A DNA stretch of 42,166 nt from a virus (IMGVR_UViG_3300048579_000414:1-42166), one strand, 5' to 3'. Positions 25,258 to 33,087 are shown, counted from the first letter of the stretch. Program-made: numbers and translations. The notes: generated by a model from the sequence alone, not told the origin.

Positions 25258-27921
25258 TCAAAACGGCGCATCGTCAGCATCCTGTGCAAAGCCACCCGTG
25301 GCGGGTGGCGGTGGTTGATATGGCGCCTGCTGCGGCGGCGGTGTGCCCGGTTCGTCATCCAGGCCGTTGGGCGTGTCCTGCGGCGGCCAATTGGCCGGGC
25401 GCAGGTAGCCCCAGGCCCGGGCGCCATTCACTTGCTTCTTCACGCGCTGCCAACCCTCATGGTCCAGCCAGCCGCGAATCTGCGCCTCCAGCGCGGGCGT
25501 GCTCTTGGCAGCGTCCACACCCAGGGCCAGGGTCAGCTGGGCAATGGTCACAAAGCCAGCCAGCTCGTTCACCACGGCGGCAATGCCCGCCGCGCTGGGT
25601 GCGCGCGTCAGCACATGCTGCAGCTCGCTCAGCACGGCCGTTTCGACCAGGCGGCTCTCTTGCATGGGGGCAAACAGGCGCTGCTCTTGCTCCTCATTGG
25701 GCGAATACACCGCCCCCTGCATGAACAGCGCGTAGGCCTCGGCAAACAACTGCTCGCGGTACTTCGCCACCCACTCGGTGCCAATGCGGTGGCGTACCGG
25801 AATGGGCCAGAACCGCCGGTTACCCGTGCGGTCGCGCAGGTAGGTGTTCTCGTTCGTGGTGCCCACCAGCACGCACTGGCGGTCAAACTTGCTCACGGTG
25901 GCGCCATAGGCCACCCGGTAGCGGTCCGCCTTGCTGCTGATGAACGCCTTGATGGCGCCCACCTCAGACTTGCTGAAGTGCGTCAGCTCGGCAATCTCAT
26001 ACAGCCACAGGCCCTGCACCTGCTCCTGCCCTTCCTTGCCCGCGCCCACCTGAAACGGCGTGTCGCTGAAGTATTCGCTGCCCGCCAGCACCTCCACCAG
26101 CGTGCTCTTGCGCAGGCCGCCAGCGCCTTCCAGCACCGGGCAGTAGTCAAACTTGCAGCCCGGCTGCATCACGCGGTACACCATGCCCAGCAGCCAGAAG
26201 CGGCCCACCAGCTGCAGGTACTCCAGCATGGCGGGCTTGAGCGACGTGGGCGACTCGCCCAGCGCGTGGATCAGCCACTTGTCAATGCGGCTGGTGCCAT
26301 CCCACTCCAGCCCCTGCAGCCAGCCCCGAATGGGGTGAAAGCGCCGCTTGTGCGCCACGGTCTGAATGGCCTCAGACAGCGCCGCCCGCGAGATGCTGGG
26401 CAGACCGTACTGCTCGGTCAGGTAGTCGCCCAGCAGCAGATCCACCGCGTCGGTCACATCGCCCGCCTTGCCATGCGGCCACGGCCAGGCCACGCGGGCC
26501 TGCACGTTGTTGCTCAGCTCATTGAAGGCCAGCACATCGCACAGCACCGGGTCTTTCTCCAGGATCAGGATGACCATCTTGCGCGATGCGTTCCAGCGCT
26601 TCTTTTCCCGGTCCCAGTAAATCGCCAGCCAGTCAGGCACCAGGCGCGCGCCGCACTTCACCAGGCCCACGTCATCGGGCATGTCATCAAAGCCAGCCCC
26701 CAGGGCCAAGGGGCCGCTCTCTGTGCCAACGGGGCGATCGGTTTTTTGGGGCTCCGGCGCCGCAGCGCCATCGCCCGCTGGCAGTGCATGCGCCTGCGCA
26801 AAGAAGGCCTGCACGCGGGCGAAGTCCCAGCCGTCTGTCTCGATGGCATCGCGCGCATCCCAGCCATCGGGCACGGCGCCGGGCGCGGGAATGGGCAGCA
26901 GCTGCACCGTGCAGCCGTGCGCATCCCGCAGCAGCGCGCCAATGCCCAGCATGGCCGCCATGCCCGGCTGCTTGTGCACGGGCAGCAAGGGCTTGGCCTG
27001 CTGCAGCACCAGTTGCGCAGCCTTGTCGGGCGTGGCCTTGCGCTCGGCAGCGGTCAAAGGCTCGCGCTTGGCATCGCAGTCGGCCCAGGCCAGCACCGTG
27101 CAGCCCTGCAGCCAGGCCCAGTCGGCCTTCTGCCATGCCTTGCTGCCGCCGGGCCAGCTGGCCACGCAATACACGCCGGGCGCCCCTGCATCCAGCAGCG
27201 CCTGCAGGCATTCGCCCTTGCGCTCGCCCTCGACCAGCACCACGGTGCGCTCGCCCGGCAGCGTGCCACCGGGCAAAAACAGGGGGCGCGGTTCGTCCCA
27301 CTGGCGCCAGTTCCATTTGGCCGCGCCATCGCGTGCGCTCTGGCACCAGGTATAGGGCAGCGTGTCCTTGCCGCCATCGCTGGTGCGAAAGCGCACCACG
27401 TAGCCGTGCACGTCATCGCCCACGCGGTATGTGGCCGTGTGCTCGATGTCGCCCGCCTGGCGGTGAAAGTGCTTGAACGTGGGTGCAGGCGCATGCGCAG
27501 GCACCGGCCGCACCGTGGCCCAGCCCTCGGGCTCGGCACGCGGCTTGGGCGGTGGCGCCGGGCGCGGCGGGGCCTTGGGCACAGGCGCGCCACCCGGCGC
27601 AGGCATGACGATGCCCGCCACACTCTCCAGCCCTTCCTCGCGTGCCACCTGCACAGCCGCCTTCGCCATGCTCAGGCCATGGATGGCGGCATACAGGCTC
27701 AGCAGATCGCCGCCCTGTTCATCGGTCGAAAAGTCGGCCCAGCGGCCGTTGACCAGGTTCACCGAGCAGCTCGACCCGGCACCGCCCGCCAGCGAGCCGC
27801 AAACATACTCGTGCCCTCGCTTTGCGCCCCCCGGCAACCATTGGGGCACCAGGGTGTCGGCAGACTGCAGCAGCGCCGCAGCCAGGTCAGTGAATCGGAT
27901 GGGAGGCAGGGGCGCATTCAT
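25258..27921 (-). CDS. Primase-helicase (TOPRIM + VirE/VapE SF3-like ATPase)
   Basis: VVLVEGERK and W.D.D TOPRIM motifs; PG.KFD..PVLEG..G..KST, YEIAEL, GTTN..YL.D.TGNRRFWP VirE motifs. Confidence 0.92.
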   Translation of the reverse strand: MNAPLPPIRFTDLAAALLQSADTLVPQWLPGGAKRGHEYVCGSLAGGAGSSCSVNLVNGRWADFSTDEQGGDLLSLYAAIHGLSMAKAAVQVAREEGLESVAGIVMPAPGGAPVPKAPPRPAPPPKPRAEPEGWATVRPVPAHAPAPTFKHFHRQAGDIEHTATYRVGDDVHGYVVRFRTSDGGKDTLPYTWCQSARDGAAKWNWRQWDEPRPLFLPGGTLPGERTVVLVEGERKGECLQALLDAGAPGVYCVASWPGGSKAWQKADWAWLQGCTVLAWADCDAKREPLTAAERKATPDKAAQLVLQQAKPLLPVHKQPGMAAMLGIGALLRDAHGCTVQLLPIPAPGAVPDGWDARDAIETDGWDFARVQAFFAQAHALPAGDGAAAPEPQKTDRPVGTESGPLALGAGFDDMPDDVGLVKCGARLVPDWLAIYWDREKKRWNASRKMVILILEKDPVLCDVLAFNELSNNVQARVAWPWPHGKAGDVTDAVDLLLGDYLTEQYGLPSISRAALSEAIQTVAHKRRFHPIRGWLQGLEWDGTSRIDKWLIHALGESPTSLKPAMLEYLQLVGRFWLLGMVYRVMQPGCKFDYCPVLEGAGGLRKSTLVEVLAGSEYFSDTPFQVGAGKEGQEQVQGLWLYEIAELTHFSKSEVGAIKAFISSKADRYRVAYGATVSKFDRQCVLVGTTNENTYLRDRTGNRRFWPIPVRHRIGTEWVAKYREQLFAEAYALFMQGAVYSPNEEQEQRLFAPMQESRLVETAVLSELQHVLTRAPSAAGIAAVVNELAGFVTIAQLTLALGVDAAKSTPALEAQIRGWLDHEGWQRVKKQVNGARAWGYLRPANWPPQDTPNGLDDEPGTPPPQQAPYQPPPPATGGFAQDADDAPF

Positions 27922-27998
27922 CGGCGCACCCCCGCGCAAAAGTCACAGAAGCCGGCGTCTCCACCGCCAGCGGCGTCGTGTGTGCAGGTCATAAGTGG

Positions 27999-28289
27999 TC
28001 AGCCACCCCATACCCGCAGCACACTCGCCAAGTCCGCGCCGCCGTCCTGCGCGCACTCCGTGCCAGCAGGCGCGTATTCGGCCACGGGCCGGTTGCGGTA
28101 CACCACCCGGCGCGGGCGCACGATGCGGATCTGATTGGCCCGGTGCATATCGCTCACCGTGCGCCGGGCCGCATCCAGCCCCACGCAGGCCTTGGCCGCC
28201 AGCTCGCGCAGGGTAGGCCCCCGCGTGGGCGTGGCCAGCTCAATGCACGCCACCAGCAGCGCCTGGCGCACCTCGCCAGCGGGCCTCAT
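27999..28289 (-). CDS. Winged-helix DNA-binding phage protein
   Basis: MRPAGEVRQAL...TLRELA...VG...R.TV..M.R...NRPVAEY; coupled to cII. Confidence 0.7.
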   Translation of the reverse strand: MRPAGEVRQALLVACIELATPTRGPTLRELAAKACVGLDAARRTVSDMHRANQIRIVRPRRVVYRNRPVAEYAPAGTECAQDGGADLASVLRVWGG

Positions 28290-28783
28290 GCAGCACCGCC
28301 TTCCCGCCCGCGCCACTTCGCCATGGCCCGCTGGTGCTTCGCGTCCAGGTGGCGCATCAGCCCCTGCCCTGCGGCCACCAGCTCGGCCCACTGGCGCTCC
28401 ACGTTCAGCAACTCATTGCGCGAAATCTCGCCATCGGCATCGGCCAGCGTGGCAGAGCTGACCACGTCCGAGAACTCGCGCACCAGGCTGGCCAGCGTCT
28501 GGGCCGTCACGCCATCGGGCACATCGGTGCCGCTTGGCAACACCAGCAGCGTGGCGCCCACCGCCTCGGCAATGCGCGTGGGGTATTCGAGGCCAAAGTC
28601 GCTGCCGTGCTCCACGCACATGGCGGCAATCTCGGCCGCATCCACCGCGCCCAGCTTGTAGCCCGTGGCGCCGCGCAGTTCTTTGTCGAGCGTGCTGCCA
28701 CTCTTGCCCAGGCGCACGGCAACGGCATCCAGGCCGCCGGGGTAATGGCGCACAGCGCGCCGCACAGAATCAAGATAGTCCAT
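28286..28783 (-). CDS. cII: CII-family regulatory protein
   Basis: YPGG...A.RLG.S..TL.KEL...KLG and ADG.IS.NE motifs; GGAGGTG RBS. Confidence 0.8.
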   Translation of the reverse strand: MDYLDSVRRAVRHYPGGLDAVAVRLGKSGSTLDKELRGATGYKLGAVDAAEIAAMCVEHGSDFGLEYPTRIAEAVGATLLVLPSGTDVPDGVTAQTLASLVREFSDVVSSATLADADGEISRNELLNVERQWAELVAAGQGLMRHLDAKHQRAMAKWRGREGGAA

Positions 28784-29056
28784 CCTCACCACCTCCCAAA
28801 ACGCTACAGACCGACATGACGGCAGGCCGCGAAAGTGCGCCCATGCCCAGAAAGAAAAGCCGCCACCCCGCCCCAGCGCCCGGAACACAGCGCACCTTCC
28901 CGCGCGCTGCGGCCCTGCTCGAATGCGTGGGGGAAGGAGGGCGCCCCCGGCCAGGCGCTGCTGGTGGTGGCGGGGTGGCGGGGAAAGGGTGGGCGCCCGC
29001 AGACGTGGCAGCACAATGGAGATCTCACACAACCACTTGCCACGAGAGGGGCGCCC

Positions 29057-29287
29057 ATGAATTCAGACATCACGCACACCATCACATTTGCTCAGGCGGT
29101 TTCTCCCGCCGTTGCCGCTGCTGTTCAGCAATCTCTGCCTGCAATGCTTGCTCAGCTTCATGCAGCCGGAGGAATTCATCAAGGCGACGTGATATACGCA
29201 GCAGGAAAGAAATTTCGCGTTGCAAGCCGAGCATGGGATCTGAACGACGGCCAGCGATCCCTGGAGCTGACGCTGGTGCCGCTGTAG
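29057..29287 (+). CDS. Small antisense protein inside the lytic early operon
   Basis: GAGAGGGG RBS, globular-looking 76-aa sequence, locally more AT-rich. Confidence 0.55.
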   Translation: MNSDITHTITFAQAVSPAVAAAVQQSLPAMLAQLHAAGGIHQGDVIYAAGKKFRVASRAWDLNDGQRSLELTLVPL

Positions 29288-29357
29288 CCCCAGCTAAGAA
29301 CAAGCCGCCGCGAACACCGCAGCATTGGGCAAGGCGCCTGGGCGTCGTGCTACGCAT
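29082..29357 (-). CDS. Hypothetical ORF coupled to cro, overlapping the antisense gene
   Basis: ATG overlaps the cro stop (ATGCGTAG); product is low-complexity/coiled-coil. Confidence 0.35.
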   Translation of the reverse strand: MRSTTPRRLAQCCGVRGGLFLAGATAAPASAPGIAGRRSDPMLGLQREISFLLRISRRLDEFLRLHEAEQALQAEIAEQQRQRREKPPEQM

Positions 29358-29655
29358 GCGCGGCCCCCTGTTCTGTATCGGAATTGATAGCTGCCAACGC
29401 TTGATGGGCGGGCGTTGGGGCCTGATTTGGCTTGTAATCTGCAAGCTCGGGCCAGATGCGCCAACAGCTTTCAGGCCAATATTCCCGCCGCTGGAAGGCG
29501 CCGCCCGTGAATAGCTCAATCGCCGCGCCGTGCTCCACGGGCACGGGCTTCTCGCCCGAAGCCATCTTGGACACGAACGAGGGCGGCACCTTGAGGTGCG
29601 CGGCCAGGCGCATGGTGCGGCCGCGTTCTTCGGAAAGCCATGATTTGAGTTTCAT
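29350..29655 (-). CDS. cro: Cro/YdaS-like regulator
   Basis: Short HTH (LAA.L.V..SFVS.M..G.K.VP...AIE..T.G...WPEL), divergent from the repressor. Confidence 0.85.
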   Translation of the reverse strand: MKLKSWLSEERGRTMRLAAHLKVPPSFVSKMASGEKPVPVEHGAAIELFTGGAFQRREYWPESCWRIWPELADYKPNQAPTPAHQALAAINSDTEQGAAHA

Positions 29656-29662
29656 GGCGGAG

Positions 29663-29693
29663 ATTGTATTCCCCATGGGGGACTGTTTGTCAA
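29663..29693 (-). promoter_or_regulatory. PR-like promoter with an operator in the spacer
   Basis: TTGACA-N19-TACAAT; spacer contains GTCCCCCATGGGGAA. Confidence 0.7.
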
Positions 29694-29743
29694 TGCCCGA
29701 GGGGGAATTCAATTTTTCCGATAAAAAAAGTCCAATCACTGGA

Positions 29744-30133
29744 ATGCAACCAGTTGAAGACACAAGGCGCGATAGGCTCAAAAGGCTTGCGCAACAAGAA
29801 GGAGGGCTTGCGAACTTGTGTGCCAAATTGAGCCTGTCTCGAAAAGAGACTTCAGGGCTTTCTCGCATACTGAACGCCAACATCAGACATGAGCGAGGCG
29901 GGAAGCCTTATGTCATGGGAAGTCAGATGGCGCGCGATATTGAGTTGAAACTTGGCCTGCCCGCTGGCTTGATGGACACCCCCTTGTCCTACTCCGAAAT
30001 CCACAACGAAGAGGACCCCCGCGCCCTGGTGATGAGCTTGATGGAGGCCATGCCATCCAGCGAGTGGGCCACCGTGGTGCGGTTGGTAGATGCGCTTGCG
30101 CAACCAGACCCCAAAGCGGCCAACGGCCAGTAA
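29744..30133 (+). CDS. cI: CI-like repressor without S24 peptidase domain
   Basis: RR..L..L, S.LS.ILN and MG...AR.IE.KLGLP.G.MD motifs; divergent from cro; only 129 aa. Confidence 0.8.
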   Translation: MQPVEDTRRDRLKRLAQQEGGLANLCAKLSLSRKETSGLSRILNANIRHERGGKPYVMGSQMARDIELKLGLPAGLMDTPLSYSEIHNEEDPRALVMSLMEAMPSSEWATVVRLVDALAQPDPKAANGQ

Positions 30134-30153
30134 CGACGCCCGGTACCACTGAC

Positions 30154-30630
30154 ATGACGGAACTCCTGCCCCTGCTGCTTGCGGCTGTGCTGGTCTATTT
30201 TGTGTGGCGTGCCATCCGGCCCTCCACATCAGGCAAGCCCCAGGCTGCACGCGCTGTGGCACCTGCGCTGACATGGCCCGCACTGGGTGAATATGAATTT
30301 GAAGTGGTGGGCGAGAGCCACTATCAGCGCGCCCTGATGGCCCTGGCCGGCGACCATGGTGACGATGCCGCCGACGTGCAAACCACTGCCGTGGTAGTGC
30401 CGTATGACAGCAACCCATACGACGACAAGGCGGTGAAGGTGCTGATTGACGGGCATGAGGTGGGCCACCTCTCCCGCGACGATGCCCGCAGCTACCGGCG
30501 CCGCCTGGCTGCAAAGAAGCAAGGCATGGTGCCTGCCCAGTGCGGTGCCCTGATCATGGGCGGCTTCATTGGCCGCGACGGCGAACGCGCCAGCTACGGC
30601 GTGCGCCTTGACATGAAACCGTTTGAATAA
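30154..30630 (+). CDS. Membrane-anchored HIRAN-domain protein
   Basis: N-terminal TM helix; VVGESHYQ...NPYD..AV.V.IDG..VG.L HIRAN pattern. Confidence 0.8.
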   Translation: MTELLPLLLAAVLVYFVWRAIRPSTSGKPQAARAVAPALTWPALGEYEFEVVGESHYQRALMALAGDHGDDAADVQTTAVVVPYDSNPYDDKAVKVLIDGHEVGHLSRDDARSYRRRLAAKKQGMVPAQCGALIMGGFIGRDGERASYGVRLDMKPFE

Positions 30631-30642
30631 CCAGGAGCACCC

Positions 30643-30735
30643 ATGCACCCACTGCAGACCACGCCTACGCCACCAACCCCACAACCCCCTGCACCCCCGC
30701 CCCTGACCGATGTACCGTTCAGAAAAAGCCGGTAA
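30643..30735 (+). CDS. 30-aa proline-rich peptide
   Basis: AGGAG RBS; MHPLQTTPTPPTPQPPAPPPLTDVPFRKSR. Confidence 0.45.
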   Translation: MHPLQTTPTPPTPQPPAPPPLTDVPFRKSR

Positions 30736-30816
30736 TTCCACCATGCACGCAGCGACCAAGGGTCCGCAGCCGCCCACGCCAAGCCCGCCGCCGCTGCGCG
30801 ACGGGAAGTTCAGAAA

Positions 30817-31329
30817 TCAGCGCCCAAGGTAACAAAACAACGCCGCCACCGCAGGCAACAGCGGTGTGCCTATGGCGGCCATTTTGTAGGCATTGTCAAT
30901 CGCATTGGCCCGTGCGATGCAACCGTTGCCGTAGGCATCCATGCGCGCCTGCTGCAACTCCATTTCCTGTCGCCGGAGACCTTCGAGGGCTTGGTCTGCA
31001 CCAGCTCCGTGCTGCACCCTAAAGTCGTAGTTCTCCATGAGCGACTGCGGGCCAATGCCGGGGGATAGTTCTTTGGATGTGGCGCCCTTCCACACCAGCA
31101 AAGCCGCCGTGCCAGTCCAGCCCACAGCCAGCGCCGCAATGGGCGCCCAACTAAGCACCGAAGCATCGGCCACCCCAATCTTGCCCAGGGCGTAGGCCCC
31201 TGCGGCACCACCCCCCGCCACCAGCACAGTGGCCAGCTTGTAGGCGCGCTCGTGCAGGTCGTCATACGACTGACGCAGCACGGCCATGGTCTTGTCGGTG
31301 CGCGCCTCCACGTAGTCCAGCGTATCCAT
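30817..31329 (-). CDS. Three-TM membrane protein (immunity-region cargo)
   Basis: GGAGG RBS; three hydrophobic segments. Confidence 0.75.
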   Translation of the reverse strand: MDTLDYVEARTDKTMAVLRQSYDDLHERAYKLATVLVAGGGAAGAYALGKIGVADASVLSWAPIAALAVGWTGTAALLVWKGATSKELSPGIGPQSLMENYDFRVQHGAGADQALEGLRRQEMELQQARMDAYGNGCIARANAIDNAYKMAAIGTPLLPAVAALFCYLGR

Positions 31330-31346
31330 GCCATACCTCCAAAGGT

Positions 31347-31369
31347 AAGCCGCCACCAGGCGGCTTTTT
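31347..31369 (+). terminator. Intrinsic terminator
   Basis: AAGCCGCC-ACCA-GGCGGCTT followed by TTT. Confidence 0.7.
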
Positions 31370-31432
31370 GTTGCCTGCCCAAACCGGGCACAGGCTGCAT
31401 TAAACCGCTATTCGCATCGGCTTGCTGAAATT

Positions 31433-31476
31433 TTCCCCATGGGGGATTGACTTACAGTCCCCCATGGGGAAATAAT
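31433..31476 (+). promoter_or_regulatory. PL-like promoter with two operators
   Basis: TTGACT-N18-AATAAT; operators TTCCCCATGGGGGAT (31433-31447) and GTCCCCCATGGGGAA (31457-31471), the latter identical to the PR operator. Confidence 0.75.
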
Positions 31477-31506
31477 TCGCCCACGTTCACCACAACGAGG
31501 GCAAAA

Positions 31507-32229
31507 ATGCACCACCCCACCCCCAGTGCACACGCGTGCACACAGCCCGCAGCGGGCACCCCCACCGACCTCCCCCCAGGCGCCCGCCACGCAGGCGCAG
31601 TACTCGATGAAGCCGGCCGGCCGATCCATCACCTCATCCTGCTGGCCGCCCGCCCCGAGAAAGCCCTGAACTGGGAAGCCGCAAAGGCCTGGGCCGCCAG
31701 CGTGGGCGGCGACCTGCCCAGCCCCCAAGAGCAGGCCCTGCTGTTCGCCAACTGCCGCGATGTCCTGCCCAAGGCATGGTGCTGGTCGAACAAGAAACAC
31801 GAGAAAGGCGCCTCCTACGCCTGGCTTTGCAACTTCGGCTACGGCAACCAGTACGGCACCCTCAAGAGCTTTGAGGGCTCAGCTGTTGCCGTCCGCAGAT
31901 TGATTCTTGAATCCTTCAGTTCTTGCGAAGGCACGACGCACACGGCGCCCAAGCAAGCAAAAACCATCGCCGCCCTGCGTAAACGCCTGGAGCGCTGGGA
32001 ACTTGATCACCTGCGCGCCCTGTCGGTCAGCCTGCACGATCAGCTTGAGGTCGCCCACGAGCGCATCCAGGCGCTGCAGAGCGACATTGACCGCGCATGG
32101 CGCAATGCCGAGGCATGGCAAGACGACGCCATGGAGCTGGTGAAAGCGCTGGAGGCTGCAGGCACTGAGGTCGGCATCACACAGGCCGGGCAGCTGGTGG
32201 CCATCGACGCGCAAGGCGGTGCCGCATGA
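31507..32229 (+). CDS. DUF1566 (C-type-lectin fold) protein fused to a coiled-coil C-terminus
   Basis: W..A..WA...GG.LP...E..LL.AN...W.WS...AW...F..G.Q....K.....AVAVRR. Confidence 0.8.
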   Translation: MHHPTPSAHACTQPAAGTPTDLPPGARHAGAVLDEAGRPIHHLILLAARPEKALNWEAAKAWAASVGGDLPSPQEQALLFANCRDVLPKAWCWSNKKHEKGASYAWLCNFGYGNQYGTLKSFEGSAVAVRRLILESFSSCEGTTHTAPKQAKTIAALRKRLERWELDHLRALSVSLHDQLEVAHERIQALQSDIDRAWRNAEAWQDDAMELVKALEAAGTEVGITQAGQLVAIDAQGGAA

Positions 32230-32756
32230 ACTCAGTGCACCACCTTGTACCCGGCCAGCCGCTCCAAGCGCGCGCTGTAGGCCTTCCAGTCGGAAGCGCT
32301 GGCAGTGGGGATGCATCCATCCTGATAGAGGTATATGCACTCGGGATTGGGGTCTCCCTTGCAAGACAGGGCAACGACCTGTGCCGCGCTGAGGGCTCGT
32401 TTGAACTTGAAGTGAACGGGAAACGCGTCGCTATTGAGCCGCTCCGTAGTCGCAAAGCCCAGTGGGTTGTATCGCCTGTTCAACGCCACGTAGCGGCCAT
32501 CGGGCTGGCGCTGCAGGCAGTAGATCAAGACAAGGTGGCGCAGATCGGTGACGGTCTCTCTCATTGGGTGGCTCCCTTCAAGGCTGAAGCGGTCATTCTG
32601 AGCCTGCCTGCAGGCTGGGGCAAGACAACGATGGCCGAGAGGATGGCGGCATTCATCGGCTGCAATTTCATCGTTGACGAGTGGCACCCTGGCATGCCGG
32701 TCACGGCAGGGGCCTTGCACCTCACCAATGTGAACCTGGAAGGCAGTGCCGCATGA
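32226..32756 (+). CDS. Coupled ORF with a small C-terminal P-loop domain
   Basis: ATGA overlaps at both ends; VILSLPAGWGKTT...IVDEW.PG.P resembles 34100-34387. Confidence 0.55.
   Translation: MNSVHHLVPGQPLQARAVGLPVGSAGSGDASILIEVYALGIGVSLARQGNDLCRAEGSFELEVNGKRVAIEPLRSRKAQWVVSPVQRHVAAIGLALQAVDQDKVAQIGDGLSHWVAPFKAEAVILSLPAGWGKTTMAERMAAFIGCNFIVDEWHPGMPVTAGALHLTNVNLEGSAA
32232..32564 (-). CDS. Antisense nested hypothetical protein (110 aa)
   Basis: GGGAG RBS, TTGCCC-N17-CAGAAT promoter, protein-like motifs YCL..QPDGRY..LNR.Y.PLG and IYLY.DGC.PT. Confidence 0.7.
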   Translation of the reverse strand: MRETVTDLRHLVLIYCLQRQPDGRYVALNRRYNPLGFATTERLNSDAFPVHFKFKRALSAAQVVALSCKGDPNPECIYLYQDGCIPTASASDWKAYSARLERLAGYKVVH

Positions 32757-32914
32757 CCGCCCCCGCCCTGCGCCCCTACGTCATCACCTGCGCTGGCCTG
32801 CAGTACGTGGCCCTGGCATCCGGCGCCTGCCAGGCCATTGCCGACGCCATGCTGCTGCACGGCGCGCAGACCATCACGGCCAGGCCCCTGCGGCAGACGG
32901 GTGGTGCAGCATGA
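32753..32914 (+). CDS. Small hypothetical phage protein
   Basis: ATGA-coupled at both ends. Confidence 0.55.
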   Translation: MTAPALRPYVITCAGLQYVALASGACQAIADAMLLHGAQTITARPLRQTGGAA

Positions 32915-33087
32915 CCGCCCCCATCCAGCTCTACGGCCCCTACCGCCGCAGCCGCCTGCGCCGCAACCCCACGGCACGCGCCCTGCTGGCCTGGCTGGGC
33001 GTGGCGGCGCTGGCCCTGGTGGCGGCTGCGCTGGTGGTGGGCCTGCCGTTTGCGGCGGGCGTGCTGTCGGCCTACCTGGGCCTGTAA
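32911..33087 (+). CDS. Small membrane protein
   Basis: Coupled start; basic N-terminus plus a long hydrophobic helix. Confidence 0.55.
   Translation: MTAPIQLYGPYRRSRLRRNPTARALLAWLGVAALALVAAALVVGLPFAAGVLSAYLGL

Noticed and set aside
25236-25261. TTGACG/TACACT promoter upstream of the C4 RNA
   Set aside because: The hexamers are only 14 nt apart, so it is not listed as a feature, although a promoter is expected here.
24982-28134. 1050-aa + strand ORF
   Set aside because: Antisense shadow of the primase-helicase; no recognisable domain.
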